DNA of 32,000 nucleotides from Nitrosospira multiformis ATCC 25196 (GCF_000196355.1 NC_007614.1:1470001-1502000); one strand, 5' to 3'; positions 9,126-18,891 are shown, numbered from the stretch's first letter. Made by a program: numbers and translations. Notes: generated by a model not told the origin, from the sequence alone.

Positions 9126-10838
9126 TTAACCTTCAGTACTGAACTCCTCGTTTTTATCTATATCGGAAGCAGCCTGGGAAGGTTCATCAACCATGAGTTC
9201 AAACCAGAACACACTGCCGACATCGACAGTGCTTTCCACACCGATTGATCCGCCCATCAGTTCAACCAGTTGTTTCGTCACTACCAGTCCAATGCCTGTG
9301 CCTTCCACAGACCCTGCTTCCTGTCCAAGCCGGTTGAATTGCTGAAAAAGCTGCGTCAGTTTTTCCGGCGGCAGCCCCGTCCCCGTATCGCGCACACTTA
9401 TTCGCAGACGCCCGGGTTTGGTCATGGAGCAACTCACTTCGACCATGCCACCCTCGCGGTTGTATTTGATTGCGTTGGAAAGAAGATTGATCAGAACCTG
9501 CTTCACCCGCGTTCGGTCTGCCCGAACGAAGAAGTTCATGTCCGATGATGGCGGAAAGATCAGCCGTATGTTTTGCTCCTGGGCCTGCGGTTCGACCATG
9601 GTCCGGGACTCGGCCATCACCTCTCCGATGCACATCGGTTCCTGCGCAACAATCAGTTTGCCGGACTCGATTGCGGCGAGATCGAGGATTTTATTTATCA
9701 ATTCAAGCAGATACCATCCTGCAGAATTGATCTCCTTGAGCATGGTCATTTGCGTGAATGTTGGCGGCGGAGAACTCGATTCCATCAATTGGGCGAAACC
9801 AAGCATGACATTCAGGGGTGAGCGTAATTCGTGGCTCATGCTGGAAAGAAAATCCGATTTGGCCAGATTGGCCTTTTCCGCCTCTGTCTTGGCTTTGATC
9901 AGTTCTTCTTCGATCAGCTTGCGGTGGGTGATATCGCGCCGCAACTCTTCGTTCACCCGCGCCAGTTCATCGGTGCGCTTGGCCACGAGCTCTTCGAGAC
10001 GAAAACGATGCTGCTTCAACTCCTCTTCTGCCTGTTTGCTTTCCGTGATATCAACCAGGATACCCTGCAGAAACAGTGAGCGTCCCGATTCATCCCGCAC
10101 AACATTCGCCTCGTCGCGGAACCACAAGACTCTTTCATCCTGAGTAAGCAAACGGTACTCACAGCGCAGAGGGGCGCACGTTGCGCGGCTTTTTGCCCGC
10201 TCCTCGAGTGCGTGCGACCGGTCGTCCGGATGAATCTGTGCAAGCAGGATAGTCGGATCGTTCAACCACTGTTCCGCTGAAAAACCAAGCATATTGATAC
10301 GCGAGCTGACGTAAAGGAAACGGTTGCTCCCATCCAGTGCAGCAATGTAGACGATTGCCGGAATGGTTTCGACCAGAGAGCGATATTTGGCTTCCGCCTG
10401 GGCGAGTTTCTCTTCCGCCTGCTTTTTTTCCAGCCGAATCCGGCGGTCGCTCAGTACGCGCTGGATAACGGCAGGCAATAATTCAAGGTATTGGTGCTCG
10501 AGGTCCTTGATCAGGTAATCCTTCGCCCCGCGCTTCATAGCTTCTACCGCAATGGCGGCATTGTCCGTACCTGTCAGCATCATGACCGGAATGGAAACAT
10601 CGCCACTTTCGTCGGTCAGCGCTGCCAGAAACTCAAGACCATTCACATCCGGCAAATGGTAATCAAGCAGGACGCAGTCCGGCTTCTGCTCATGGGCAAG
10701 TTGCAATCCCTCCCGGCCTGATTCGGCTTCGGAAAGCACGAATTCGTAGTCGGGGTCCCGGGCAAGAGCACGTCGACACGCCATACGATCCACGGCATCG
10801 TCTTCGACGAGTAGAACGCGAATCAGGGGTTTGGTCAT
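9126..10838 (-). CDS. Hybrid response regulator / PAS / histidine kinase
   Basis: N-terminal REC (VLLVEDDAVDRMACRRAL...DCVLLDYHLP), PAS/PAC, HisKA (KSDFLSSMSHELRSPLNVMLGF), HATPase (NLLSNAIKYNREGG, GTGLP, GTGIGLVVTKQLVELMGGSI). Confidence 0.92.
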   Translation of the reverse strand: MTKPLIRVLLVEDDAVDRMACRRALARDPDYEFVLSEAESGREGLQLAHEQKPDCVLLDYHLPDVNGLEFLAALTDESGDVSIPVMMLTGTDNAAIAVEAMKRGAKDYLIKDLEHQYLELLPAVIQRVLSDRRIRLEKKQAEEKLAQAEAKYRSLVETIPAIVYIAALDGSNRFLYVSSRINMLGFSAEQWLNDPTILLAQIHPDDRSHALEERAKSRATCAPLRCEYRLLTQDERVLWFRDEANVVRDESGRSLFLQGILVDITESKQAEEELKQHRFRLEELVAKRTDELARVNEELRRDITHRKLIEEELIKAKTEAEKANLAKSDFLSSMSHELRSPLNVMLGFAQLMESSSPPPTFTQMTMLKEINSAGWYLLELINKILDLAAIESGKLIVAQEPMCIGEVMAESRTMVEPQAQEQNIRLIFPPSSDMNFFVRADRTRVKQVLINLLSNAIKYNREGGMVEVSCSMTKPGRLRISVRDTGTGLPPEKLTQLFQQFNRLGQEAGSVEGTGIGLVVTKQLVELMGGSIGVESTVDVGSVFWFELMVDEPSQAASDIDKNEEFSTEG

Positions 10839-10883
10839 AAGTGGAGGAATTTTAGCAAAATCAGGGAGTTGATCAAACCTTTA

Positions 10884-11297
10884 TCATGGCATCTCACTGA
10901 TGGTCCAGTAAGCATCGATGGAACGCATGACTTCGACGAATTGACGATAATCCACGGGCTTGGCCATATACCCCGCCACGCCTAGGTCAAAGCTGTTTAT
11001 CTTATCCTGCTGTTCTTCCGACGTAGTCAGAACTACTATGGGAATACGCTTCAGCTTGTCATCATTTTTGACTGCTTTCAGGAATTCCGTACCGTTCATG
11101 ATGGGCATGTTCAAGTCTAGCAAAATGATGCAGGGTTTTTCGCTTGCCGGATCCTGAAGATAATGAACAGCCTCCTCACCATTTTCCCGGTGGACGAGCG
11201 GGTTCGTCACGTGAATCTCTTTTAGAGCACGAACGACCGTCATTTTATCTACTTGATCATCTTCCACCAGGAGAATGGGCCTGTTAGTTATTTTCAC
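10884..11297 (-). CDS. Stand-alone response regulator (REC only)
   Basis: PILLVEDDQVDKMTVVRALKEIH...CIILLDLNMPIMNGTEFLKAVK...IPIVVLTTS...GVAGYMAKPVD. Apparent GTG start at 11297-11295. Confidence 0.92.
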   Translation of the reverse strand: MKITNRPILLVEDDQVDKMTVVRALKEIHVTNPLVHRENGEEAVHYLQDPASEKPCIILLDLNMPIMNGTEFLKAVKNDDKLKRIPIVVLTTSEEQQDKINSFDLGVAGYMAKPVDYRQFVEVMRSIDAYWTISEMP

Positions 11298-13282
11298 GCT
11301 GCTGTTCCTTTGGTTGAATTTGCGACTGCTACTGTTTTAGGGAGAGTAAAGAAAAAAGTTGTACCCTCACCGGGCGTGGATTCCACCCAGATACTGCCAC
11401 CATACATTTCCACGATCTTTTTTACCAGAGTGAGTCCAACACCAGTGCTTTCTACCCGGTCTCTTGGCGCAAGCGTCTGGAAAAGCTGAAAGATCTTTTC
11501 AAAGTGGCGTGATTCGATACCAGGGCCATTATCACTGATACTGAACCTCCAATGTTCGCCCTCCGCAATGCAGCCAATGCGGATTTCGCATTGAGGCTTA
11601 TCCATGTATTTGATGGCATTTGAAAGCAGATTCTGAAATATCTGCTGGATGCGCGTTGGCTCTATCACTATGCTTGGCAACGTATTTTCGACGGTAATGG
11701 TAACATTTGGCGAAGGGGCAATGAAATCTATTACATCGCGCAGGACTTCATCGACCTTCACCTCCACAGGGGCTTCTCTGACCCGCCCCACACGTGAATA
11801 TTGCAGGATACCGTCGATCAGGTTTCCCATACGATGGACTCTGCTGACAAGGAGACGCATATGCTCCCTGCCTTCATCATCGAACTTGTCGAGGTAGTCG
11901 GTAGAGAGCCAGTCTGCAAGTGCGCCAATTGCGCGCAACGGGGCTTTTAAATCGTGGGATACCACATACGCGAAACTTTTCAGCTCTTCATTGGCACTTT
12001 CCAGGTCGGCCATCAGTATCGCTTTCTGTTCCTCTGCGTGTTTACGTTCACTGATGTCACGCAGAATGACGACGAACATCCGATGCTCCTGGCCATGCAT
12101 TTCAGTCACAGAAATATCCAGGGGAAACGTTGCGCGATTTTTTCGCAACCCGATCACTTCATTTGTTTTTCCGGGACCCTGCAGTTTCGTGTTTTCCTGG
12201 TAATTTTTAAAATAATCAGTTAGTTGACCGTGTTCAGGCCGGGGGAACAGGAATCCGATATTTTGTCCGATCAACTCATTTTCCGAATAACCGAAGATCC
12301 GTTCCATTGCCGGGTTCCCGGTTTTGATAACGCCCTCTGCGTTAACGGAGACCACGCCCACAATCAGGTTATTTATCAAGGCGCGTGTATTGGCCTCGCT
12401 GGCACGAACCTGGCCAATCGTCTCTACCAGGCTGTCGCGCATTTCCCGCACGGCCCCCATCAGTTGGCTGATTTCGTCATTCGATGGAGGAACCTCGATT
12501 TCCTGCCTCAGGTTTCCTGCCGCCACATCCCGGGAGATTCGTACCACATTCTCGAGAGGCTGAAAAATCGCCCGGATGAACATCAGGCTGAACACCACCG
12601 CCAGCACCAGGGCGATGACTATCGAAGCGATGAGAATGGCACGGATTGTCTCGTACCGCCTTTGTTCATCATCATATTCTCTTTTCGCTTCATTGATCTG
12701 GAGCAAAACAAGGGCGTCTATGCTTTCGCCTACAGGCAAATACATTGGGCGGATTTTTTCCACAAGTATCCTGTTTGCCTCACCGATCTTATGGGCGCGC
12801 AACGCCGCTGTTGCCGGCAGCAGGCCCTCGGTCACATATTTCCGGTGGTCGGCAGCAAATTGGGCAGCAAGCTTTTTTTCCACCGGGGTCAAGTGAGTAA
12901 CAATGTACTCTTCCCAGGTTCTGCTGATTTCCGCTATATTCTTCTCAACCTTTGCGGTCTTGTTCCTGATAATCTCGGGCGTCGGCATTACCAGGGCAGA
13001 GGTAATGGCAAGCCGGGTTTGCAGCAAAAGTGACTCGATATATCCCACCTGGCTCAGAGGGATGGCCCTGTCGTGGTAGACGGTCCTCAGGCCGTCTATC
13101 GCATGGCTCATCCCGAACAAACCAATCATTCCCATTCCCAGCAAAAAGGCGATCAGATAGGAAAGGGTGAAGATCAGGCGGGATTTGATCGTCAGGTTTT
13201 TAAATGTCAGATTCTTAAATGACAGATTCTTTAATGTCATTTTCTTAAATGACGGCTTTTTAAATGTCAGCTTTTTGAACAT
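11294..13282 (-). CDS. Membrane sensor histidine kinase (MCP-like four-helix sensor, HAMP, PAS, HisKA/HATPase)
   Basis: TM segments (LIFTLSYLIAFLLGMGMIGLFGM; AILIASIVIALVLAVVFSLMFI), HAMP, PAS, YVVSHDLKAPLRAI, NLLSNAIKYM, STGVGLTLVKKIVEMYGGSIWVES. ATG at 13282 has an SD-like GCAGG; the ORF extends to 13390. Confidence 0.88.
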   Translation of the reverse strand: MFKKLTFKKPSFKKMTLKNLSFKNLTFKNLTIKSRLIFTLSYLIAFLLGMGMIGLFGMSHAIDGLRTVYHDRAIPLSQVGYIESLLLQTRLAITSALVMPTPEIIRNKTAKVEKNIAEISRTWEEYIVTHLTPVEKKLAAQFAADHRKYVTEGLLPATAALRAHKIGEANRILVEKIRPMYLPVGESIDALVLLQINEAKREYDDEQRRYETIRAILIASIVIALVLAVVFSLMFIRAIFQPLENVVRISRDVAAGNLRQEIEVPPSNDEISQLMGAVREMRDSLVETIGQVRASEANTRALINNLIVGVVSVNAEGVIKTGNPAMERIFGYSENELIGQNIGFLFPRPEHGQLTDYFKNYQENTKLQGPGKTNEVIGLRKNRATFPLDISVTEMHGQEHRMFVVILRDISERKHAEEQKAILMADLESANEELKSFAYVVSHDLKAPLRAIGALADWLSTDYLDKFDDEGREHMRLLVSRVHRMGNLIDGILQYSRVGRVREAPVEVKVDEVLRDVIDFIAPSPNVTITVENTLPSIVIEPTRIQQIFQNLLSNAIKYMDKPQCEIRIGCIAEGEHWRFSISDNGPGIESRHFEKIFQLFQTLAPRDRVESTGVGLTLVKKIVEMYGGSIWVESTPGEGTTFFFTLPKTVAVANSTKGTAA
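13192..13281. repeat. Six imperfect tandem copies of a 15-bp unit, (T/A)CAGNTTNTTAAATG
   Basis: TCAGGTTTTTAAATG / TCAGATTCTTAAATG / ACAGATTCTTTAATG / TCATTTTCTTAAATG / ACGGCTTTTTAAATG / TCAGCTTTTTGAACA read directly. On the minus strand it codes for FKKLT-FKKPS-FKKMT-LKNLS-FKNLT-FKNLT. Confidence 0.88.
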
Positions 13283-13680
13283 ATGACCTGCAAGGATTCG
13301 AAAAAGGGGATATCCGCAGCTTTCTATTGCACAGGGAGTTACAAATATACCTTTATGAACCTCAAGTGAAAAATATCTTTTGATCGACAAACCTATTCAC
13401 GACTCATCCGCGGAAAGAAGACAATGTTGACTGAACCCACTGGCTGGGAGCAGGAAATTTATGATCCAAATATTGAACAGCAGGTGTATGAGCGCCCTGC
13501 AAGCGTTCATTGAGTACTCGCACCACCAAGTGGTCTATTCCTGTTGAGAGGCTCTCCTTGATATGTACTATATTTAGATAGCGTTTCCGGATCGATAATC
13601 CGGCCTGCCACTTTTCGTTTCTCCGGCTAATCTGCTCAGGTTGCAATACCTGTAATCCATAATAAAGGAGGATAAATATC

Positions 13681-14301
13681 ATGAAACCGAGCGCCTTAAT
13701 CGCAGGATGTCTGCTTGCCGCAACTGTATCGGGATCAGCTATCGCGCAGCAGTCAATTTTTACCGCCGAACTCCTCGGATCGAACGAACGGCCGGATCCC
13801 AACAATTCTACCGGTACAGGTACGGCGACCGTTACGATTGATCCAGCTCAGGGAACAATGCATGTTCACGAGACTTTCAGTGGTCTTTCAGCAAATACGA
13901 CAATTTCCCACATCCATTGCTGTGCTGGTCCAGATGCCACCGCCATCCCCGCTACCACCGTACCCTCTTTCCCAGGTTTTCCGGTTGGGGTGACTGCCGG
14001 TACTTATGATCAAACCTTCAATATGCTGGAAGCCTCAAGCTATAACCCCGCGTTCATTTCAGCTAATGGTGGGACGGCCGCTAGTGCATTCGACGCGTTC
14101 ATAACCGGATTGAATAACGGGACCGCCTATGCCAACATCCATACAGAGACGTTCCCAGCGGGAGAGATCCGTGGCACGCTAGTAGCAGTGCCCGAACCGG
14201 AAACCTACGCGATGCTGCTGGCTGGTTTGGCGATGGTGAGCATGATGGGGGGAGGGCGGCGTCTTTTTTCCCGCGAAGACAGCAGGGTCAGGATAAGCTG
14301 A
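13681..14301 (+). CDS. CHRD domain protein with C-terminal PEP-CTERM sorting signal
   Basis: Signal peptide (MKPSALIAGCLLAATVSGSAIAQ), CHRD-like TGTATVTIDPAQGTMHVHETFSGLSANTTISHIHCCAG...AYANIHTETFPAGEIRGTL, C-terminal VPEPETYAMLLAGLAMVSMMGGGRR. Confidence 0.88.
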   Translation: MKPSALIAGCLLAATVSGSAIAQQSIFTAELLGSNERPDPNNSTGTGTATVTIDPAQGTMHVHETFSGLSANTTISHIHCCAGPDATAIPATTVPSFPGFPVGVTAGTYDQTFNMLEASSYNPAFISANGGTAASAFDAFITGLNNGTAYANIHTETFPAGEIRGTLVAVPEPETYAMLLAGLAMVSMMGGGRRLFSREDSRVRIS

Positions 14302-14568
14302 ACATTTGCTCTCGAGTAGTCTCTGTATGGAATGATTTTGATCGTTGACTTGTAAGCAGACTTCCTTTGTTTTCAAGGGAAGGAGGCTTGCGGATCGTCA
14401 GGGATTGCTTGGATAGCCCCGAGCGAGAATCGAAGGGCAGAGATGCCGTTTTTTCTCGTCTATTAAATTCGCTGGATGAGGATTATGCGTAATCCTGAGC
14501 TCCCGCTGGCTGACCGCCAACCAGCCAAATAGAAATAGCATATGGATCGGGTAACTCTATGACAGAGC

Positions 14569-14602
14569 TGCACGCTGGCACGAATATCCCGCCCAGCGTG
14601 CA
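14569..14602 (-). terminator. Long-stem hairpin immediately downstream of the cold shock gene
   Basis: TGCACGCTGG (14569-14578) and CCAGCGTGCA (14593-14602) are a perfect 10-bp inverted repeat; the transcript lacks a clear U-tract. Confidence 0.4.
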
Positions 14603-14605
14603 ATC

Positions 14606-14809
14606 TTACGCAGCTTGAATGTTTGATGCCTGCTTGCCCTTTGGGCCCTGCGTAATCTCAAACGTTACTTTTTGTCCCTCCTTGAGGGTCTTGAAGCCGG
14701 ACATGTTGATTGCGGAGAAGTGCGCGAATAAATCTTCACTGCCGTCAACAGGGGTAATAAAACCGAATCCTTTTGCCTCATTGAACCATTTTACTGTGCC
14801 AGTTGCCAT
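14606..14809 (-). CDS. Cold shock domain protein (CspA family)
   Basis: [67 protein letters not shown], including RNP1-like KGFGFI and RNP2-like LFAHF. Confidence 0.96.
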   Translation of the reverse strand: MATGTVKWFNEAKGFGFITPVDGSEDLFAHFSAINMSGFKTLKEGQKVTFEITQGPKGKQASNIQAA

Positions 14810-15370
14810 TTTTGCTTCCTATATATCAGTTAAAAAGAGACCCATTTTTCGGGTCTGACCGCATTCTGACGATCCCTGAATGAGAAATATGTTCGCTACC
14901 GTACCGAAGCAATCCATTCCCGGTTAGATGCTGCATTTATTGAATCACATTAGCGAGAGAGTAAATCCTTCTCAATGCCATAATTTTGATCAGTACAGGA
15001 AATCCAGGCTGGGACTCAAGTTCCAGCAGTTATCAACAGACCTATCCACGCCAATTAGGGAAAACTTCCATTAGCGGTATTCACCGAAGCTCGGCCAAGC
15101 GCTATTGGGGGCTTGAGCGAGACTGTGGTGCATGGAGTATCAGATACCCTGTACGTAAATCATCCTGAAGGGAATCCCATACCTGAATGTGCCAAATGCA
15201 TAGATGGAATATATGAAAAGAGAAGTCCCATATATCCGCATCGGATGAATTATTGCTTGTTTTCGTGGTTTCGTTCGACATCGGTTTGCAACGAAACTGT
15301 TTCGGGTTACTCCCGGAACTGGCGAAAACTGACCGGAAACTGTCCCAGCAATTTTCTCAGGAGAACAGAT

Positions 15371-16390
15371 ATGAAACCAGAAGACAACGCCAATGCCGCA
15401 CGGCGCCAGTTTGTGGGCGGCATGACAACCGGCCTTGCCGCAGCATTTGTCTACCCGGCCTTCGCTCAGCAAGGGCAGCAAGCAAACCCTTCCGGCTCCC
15501 TGCAAGGGCCCGGCCAGTCCCGTAAGCAGGATCCGAGAACGCAATATCCTATTCCCCCCTTTCCCCAGCAAAAACAGGAGCCTCCCGGCCTTGTAAGCAA
15601 GATGATGCCGCGGCCTGATCACGGCGAGACAACCTACAAGGGTTCGGGGCGGCTAGTGGATAGAAAGGCGCTTGTGACCGGTGGAGATTCGGGCATTGGA
15701 CGCGCCGCCGCCATCGCCTTTGCGCGTGAGGGAGCCGATGTCGCGATTAATTATCTCCCGGTCGAGGAGTCCGATGCTCGTGAGGTCGTGGAAATCATCC
15801 GGGCAGAAGGGCGAAAGGCGGTCGCGATTCCTGGCGATATCAGGGATGAGAATTTTTGCTCCAGGCTTGTCGCCAACGCCGTCCGGGAGCTGGGCGGACT
15901 GGATATCCTTGTCAACAATGCGGCCATGGCTGTCGCACAGCCCTCTATCGTTGATCTCACGACAGAACAGTTCGATTCGATCTTCAAATGCAACGTCTAT
16001 GCCATGTTCTGGATCACCAAGGCGGCCATGCCGCACCTTAAGCCCGGAGCGGCCATCATCAATACAAGTTCTGTTGAGGCTTACACTCCATCCGATGCGT
16101 TTCTCGACTACGCCCAGACAAAGGCGTGCAATGTTGCTTTCACGAAATCACTGGCGAAGCAGTTGGCCAACAAGGGTATCCGGGTGAATGCGGTGGCGCC
16201 GGGACCATTCTGGACACCGTTGCAGACGGCTGGATGGGCGGATCTCAGCAGGTTGGGCAAGGAGACTCCGCTTGGCAGACCCGGTCAACCAGCGGAACTG
16301 GGTCCCCTGTATGTTTTCCTTGCATCACAGGAATCAAGCTATGCAACCGGACAGGTGTACGGCGCTTCAGGGGGGGAAGGGCAGCCCTAA
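15371..16390 (+). CDS. SDR family oxidoreductase with N-terminal export (Tat-like) signal
   Basis: ATG 15371 preceded by AGGAG; N-terminus [25 protein letters not shown]; [27 protein letters not shown]; NNAAMA; [37 protein letters not shown]. Confidence 0.9.
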   Translation: MKPEDNANAARRQFVGGMTTGLAAAFVYPAFAQQGQQANPSGSLQGPGQSRKQDPRTQYPIPPFPQQKQEPPGLVSKMMPRPDHGETTYKGSGRLVDRKALVTGGDSGIGRAAAIAFAREGADVAINYLPVEESDAREVVEIIRAEGRKAVAIPGDIRDENFCSRLVANAVRELGGLDILVNNAAMAVAQPSIVDLTTEQFDSIFKCNVYAMFWITKAAMPHLKPGAAIINTSSVEAYTPSDAFLDYAQTKACNVAFTKSLAKQLANKGIRVNAVAPGPFWTPLQTAGWADLSRLGKETPLGRPGQPAELGPLYVFLASQESSYATGQVYGASGGEGQP

Positions 16391-16404
16391 TGATGTCTAA
16401 AACC

Positions 16405-17013
16405 TCAAGGTTTCTTATGACCACATAGGTGATAATGCGTATGGTAGGGTAAATACCAGGCTTTCACCGCTTTCTGCAGCTTTTCCTTGTCCTTCGAAGT
16501 TACTGATGGGCCAAGGACGGCGCGTGCAAAATCCGTGAATGCTTGCTTGTTCGTCAAAACGGTCTTCACGGAGGCATCGAGATCAGCCAGAAAACTTTGG
16601 AAATCGACGATTCCAGGCCCGCCGTCGATCAAGTATGCGGTACCGTTGAATTCGATTTGACGCGTATGACAAGCGGAGCAGTTCATGCCAATTTCCTGTC
16701 CTTCGCTTCCACTTGCGACGGTGAATCCCACGGGTAATCCGGCGGGTTTGCTGGTCTTATTGGGAAGATAGCCGTATCGGCCCAGGCTTTCCGCCATGAA
16801 CGGCTGGCCGTCGGGTTGCTTCAAGGCGGATATCCAGCGCAGCGGCATGATACGAGACCCCTGATCGCGGGTATAGAAATCCTTTCGGGCTGAAGCTGTC
16901 CACTCTGCCCCCTGATCAATGAGTACTTGTTCGGCTGCCGAAGAAATCGACGGCACGAGCAAGGCTAGTGTGGACAGGAGGCTTCCAATCCACGATAGGA
17001 ACTTGATTTTCAA
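16405..17013 (-). pseudogene. Truncated di-heme cytochrome c peroxidase-like gene (N-terminal part only)
   Basis: Signal peptide followed by LGRYGYLPN...LPVGFTVASGSEGQEIGMNCSACHTRQIEFNGTAYLIDGGPGIVDFQSFLADLDASV. Only one CxxCH motif is present and the ORF stops after about 200 aa. The only start is TTG. Confidence 0.65.
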
Positions 17014-17633
17014 TTTTTATCTGCCTTTAGATTAATGAACGATATGTTTTGAGTGTCGTATCCTTGCTACCCATGTTGCATAATGGTCTTGCCGCTGCGC
17101 GATAAAATGTGCCGAGACAGCCGTTACTGATGGGTCAACGGCTATCAATCCTTCGCAACACGACCCTGGGTAATATTGAAGAACATTAGAAATACCTGGC
17201 TGCTTGAACTGACTGAGGCCAGATATCAAACGAACCGGGGGTTTGGGGATACGTTGCCTTGCACTTTTTAATTGCTGATTTCGACTCGCCCTTCGCCATG
17301 AAGGTACTGCGACCTTGTTACCACCTCCCTGCGGAAGAGGTGGAAGAACTCATCGCTGATAGCTGGCAATGCAGCTGCAGGTCTCGGCCTGCTGATCCGG
17401 ATCAGTGCTGGGGAAGGGTGATAGGAAGTATGGTTGCGTGAAACGGGAGGTGATAAGCGAAAAAGAAGAGTTTTATCCTCGCTATTCAAGCTTTGGGAGG
17501 AAGCTGCACGGGTTTGTTCGTACTTTCACGAATGGCGCACGAATATAATCGATTGTAGGGCTTCTTGATGAATTTATAACCTGCCTGATTATGCATTTCT
17601 CGGTTGTAACGCCTATTGAAGCAAAGGTGGGGC

Positions 17634-17660
17634 AAAAAAAAGCCCGGCTTATGCCGGGCT
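17634..17660 (-). terminator. Rho-independent terminator, minus-strand orientation
   Basis: AGCCCGGC-TTAT-GCCGGGCT (17641-17660) preceded by an A-run, which becomes a U-tract on the minus strand. Confidence 0.8.
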
Positions 17661-17777
17661 AGGGGAGCGCTTCAAATTCGTTTCCCTGAATGGAGGGAAG
17701 GGGAGCCGAGTAAAAAGTGTAGCCGTTTGAAATAAAACGTTACCGTTAAATAACTCACGCAAGCAACCCGGAATAAC

Positions 17778-17984
17778 TTAATTAGGCAATCTGGGGCGAT
17801 AATCTTGATGTGGCTTCGCGCTTACTGAGCTCTCAAGAACTTGGAGGACTTCTTGTCGAGTAGCCTGGTCTAGGCTTCTTATCAAATCAATCAAAGTCCG
17901 TTGCGATTCTTCCAGTTCGTCATTCCATAGCTTCAAGACGTCGTTAATCAGTTGATTATTATCCACTTGGGATTCGCCCTTCAT
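17778..17984 (-). CDS. Small hypothetical protein (68 aa)
   Basis: ORF MKGESQVDNNQLINDVLKLWNDELEESQRTLIDLIRSLDQATRQEVLQVLESS...; helical, and followed in its own direction by the 17634-17660 terminator. Confidence 0.5.
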   Translation of the reverse strand: MKGESQVDNNQLINDVLKLWNDELEESQRTLIDLIRSLDQATRQEVLQVLESSVSAKPHQDYRPRLPN

Positions 17985-18168
17985 TTCAGGATTGGGAAGT
18001 AAAAAAACCAGGCTTCATAACGGTGAAAATGGGGAGTGACTTCGAGCCTCGGACGCCAGATCGGAGGTAACTACAAATACGTGCCTATCTTAGCTCTGAG
18101 ACAGAGCATCAATCAGTTAATAAAAGCAGATTTAATATTGCTTATTGATCAAATGGAAGAGAAGCAAC

Positions 18169-18194
18169 AAAAAAGGCCCAACGAATGTTGGGCC
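18169..18194 (-). terminator. Rho-independent terminator, minus-strand orientation
   Basis: GGCCCAAC-GAAT-GTTGGGCC (18175-18194) preceded by AAAAAA on the plus strand. Confidence 0.7.
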
Positions 18195-18891
18195 GGGAGG
18201 AGTTTACTGCCATCGCTTCCCTGTTTTGGGAGGGAGAAGCGAGTGGATAGCTTAACAATATAACGGAAGCTCTGCCGTTAGATACTTAACATATGGGGAG
18301 AGAAGGGGTATTTCCTGCAATTTGGATAGTTGAAGCCATCAATACCATTACGGGCGGAAACAAATACGTGCCTGGAATCTTGAGCCACTGCTGATCAGAT
18401 TGATTATCTCTTGGGCCAGGCAACAGGCGGTGGGCCGGGAGGCGAGCAAGCTGAATCAGACTATCAGCGTCATGGGGAGCGGTGAAGATTTGCCGCCTCA
18501 CAAGGTTCCTTTGATGGGCAGGTTCTACGGCAATTCTGCCAGTTCTTCAAGTCAAGCAATGCCTTCTACAATGAAACGCCTCAATGAGATCGAGGCAGAG
18601 ATAAAAGGGTACCGGAAGGACCGTCTGCCGATCGATGAATTCAACGCCGAAAACCCGAATGTCTGCCAATAGTGCGCTTGCGATTCGTGTTGAGTCGGAG
18701 GAGAGGTCAGCCTATGAGATGATGCTGCAGCTGTGGCGAATGGATACAACTATAAGCAAATCAATAAGCGAGACGGTATGTTAAAATGCTTTTCGCATTG
18801 ATTTTGCTGTACCGTCTTTTGTACCGTCCATGCAGTAAAAAATTGGTACAACGTAGAATAGACTGACGTATTTTATTCAATAAAATCAATT

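Noticed and set aside
12224-13033. 269-aa plus-strand ORF opposite the sensor kinase
   Set aside because: Antisense to a clear histidine kinase, with no domain or RBS support.
13404-13805. 133-aa minus-strand ORF between the kinase and the CHRD gene
   Set aside because: Overlaps the start of the well supported CHRD/PEP-CTERM gene and has no recognisable features.
18073-18373. Shared 14-mer ACAAATACGTGCCT at 18073-18086 and 18360-18373, possible direct repeat or att-like pair
   Set aside because: A 14-bp match is expected about once or twice by chance in 32 kb, and flanking bases do not align well.
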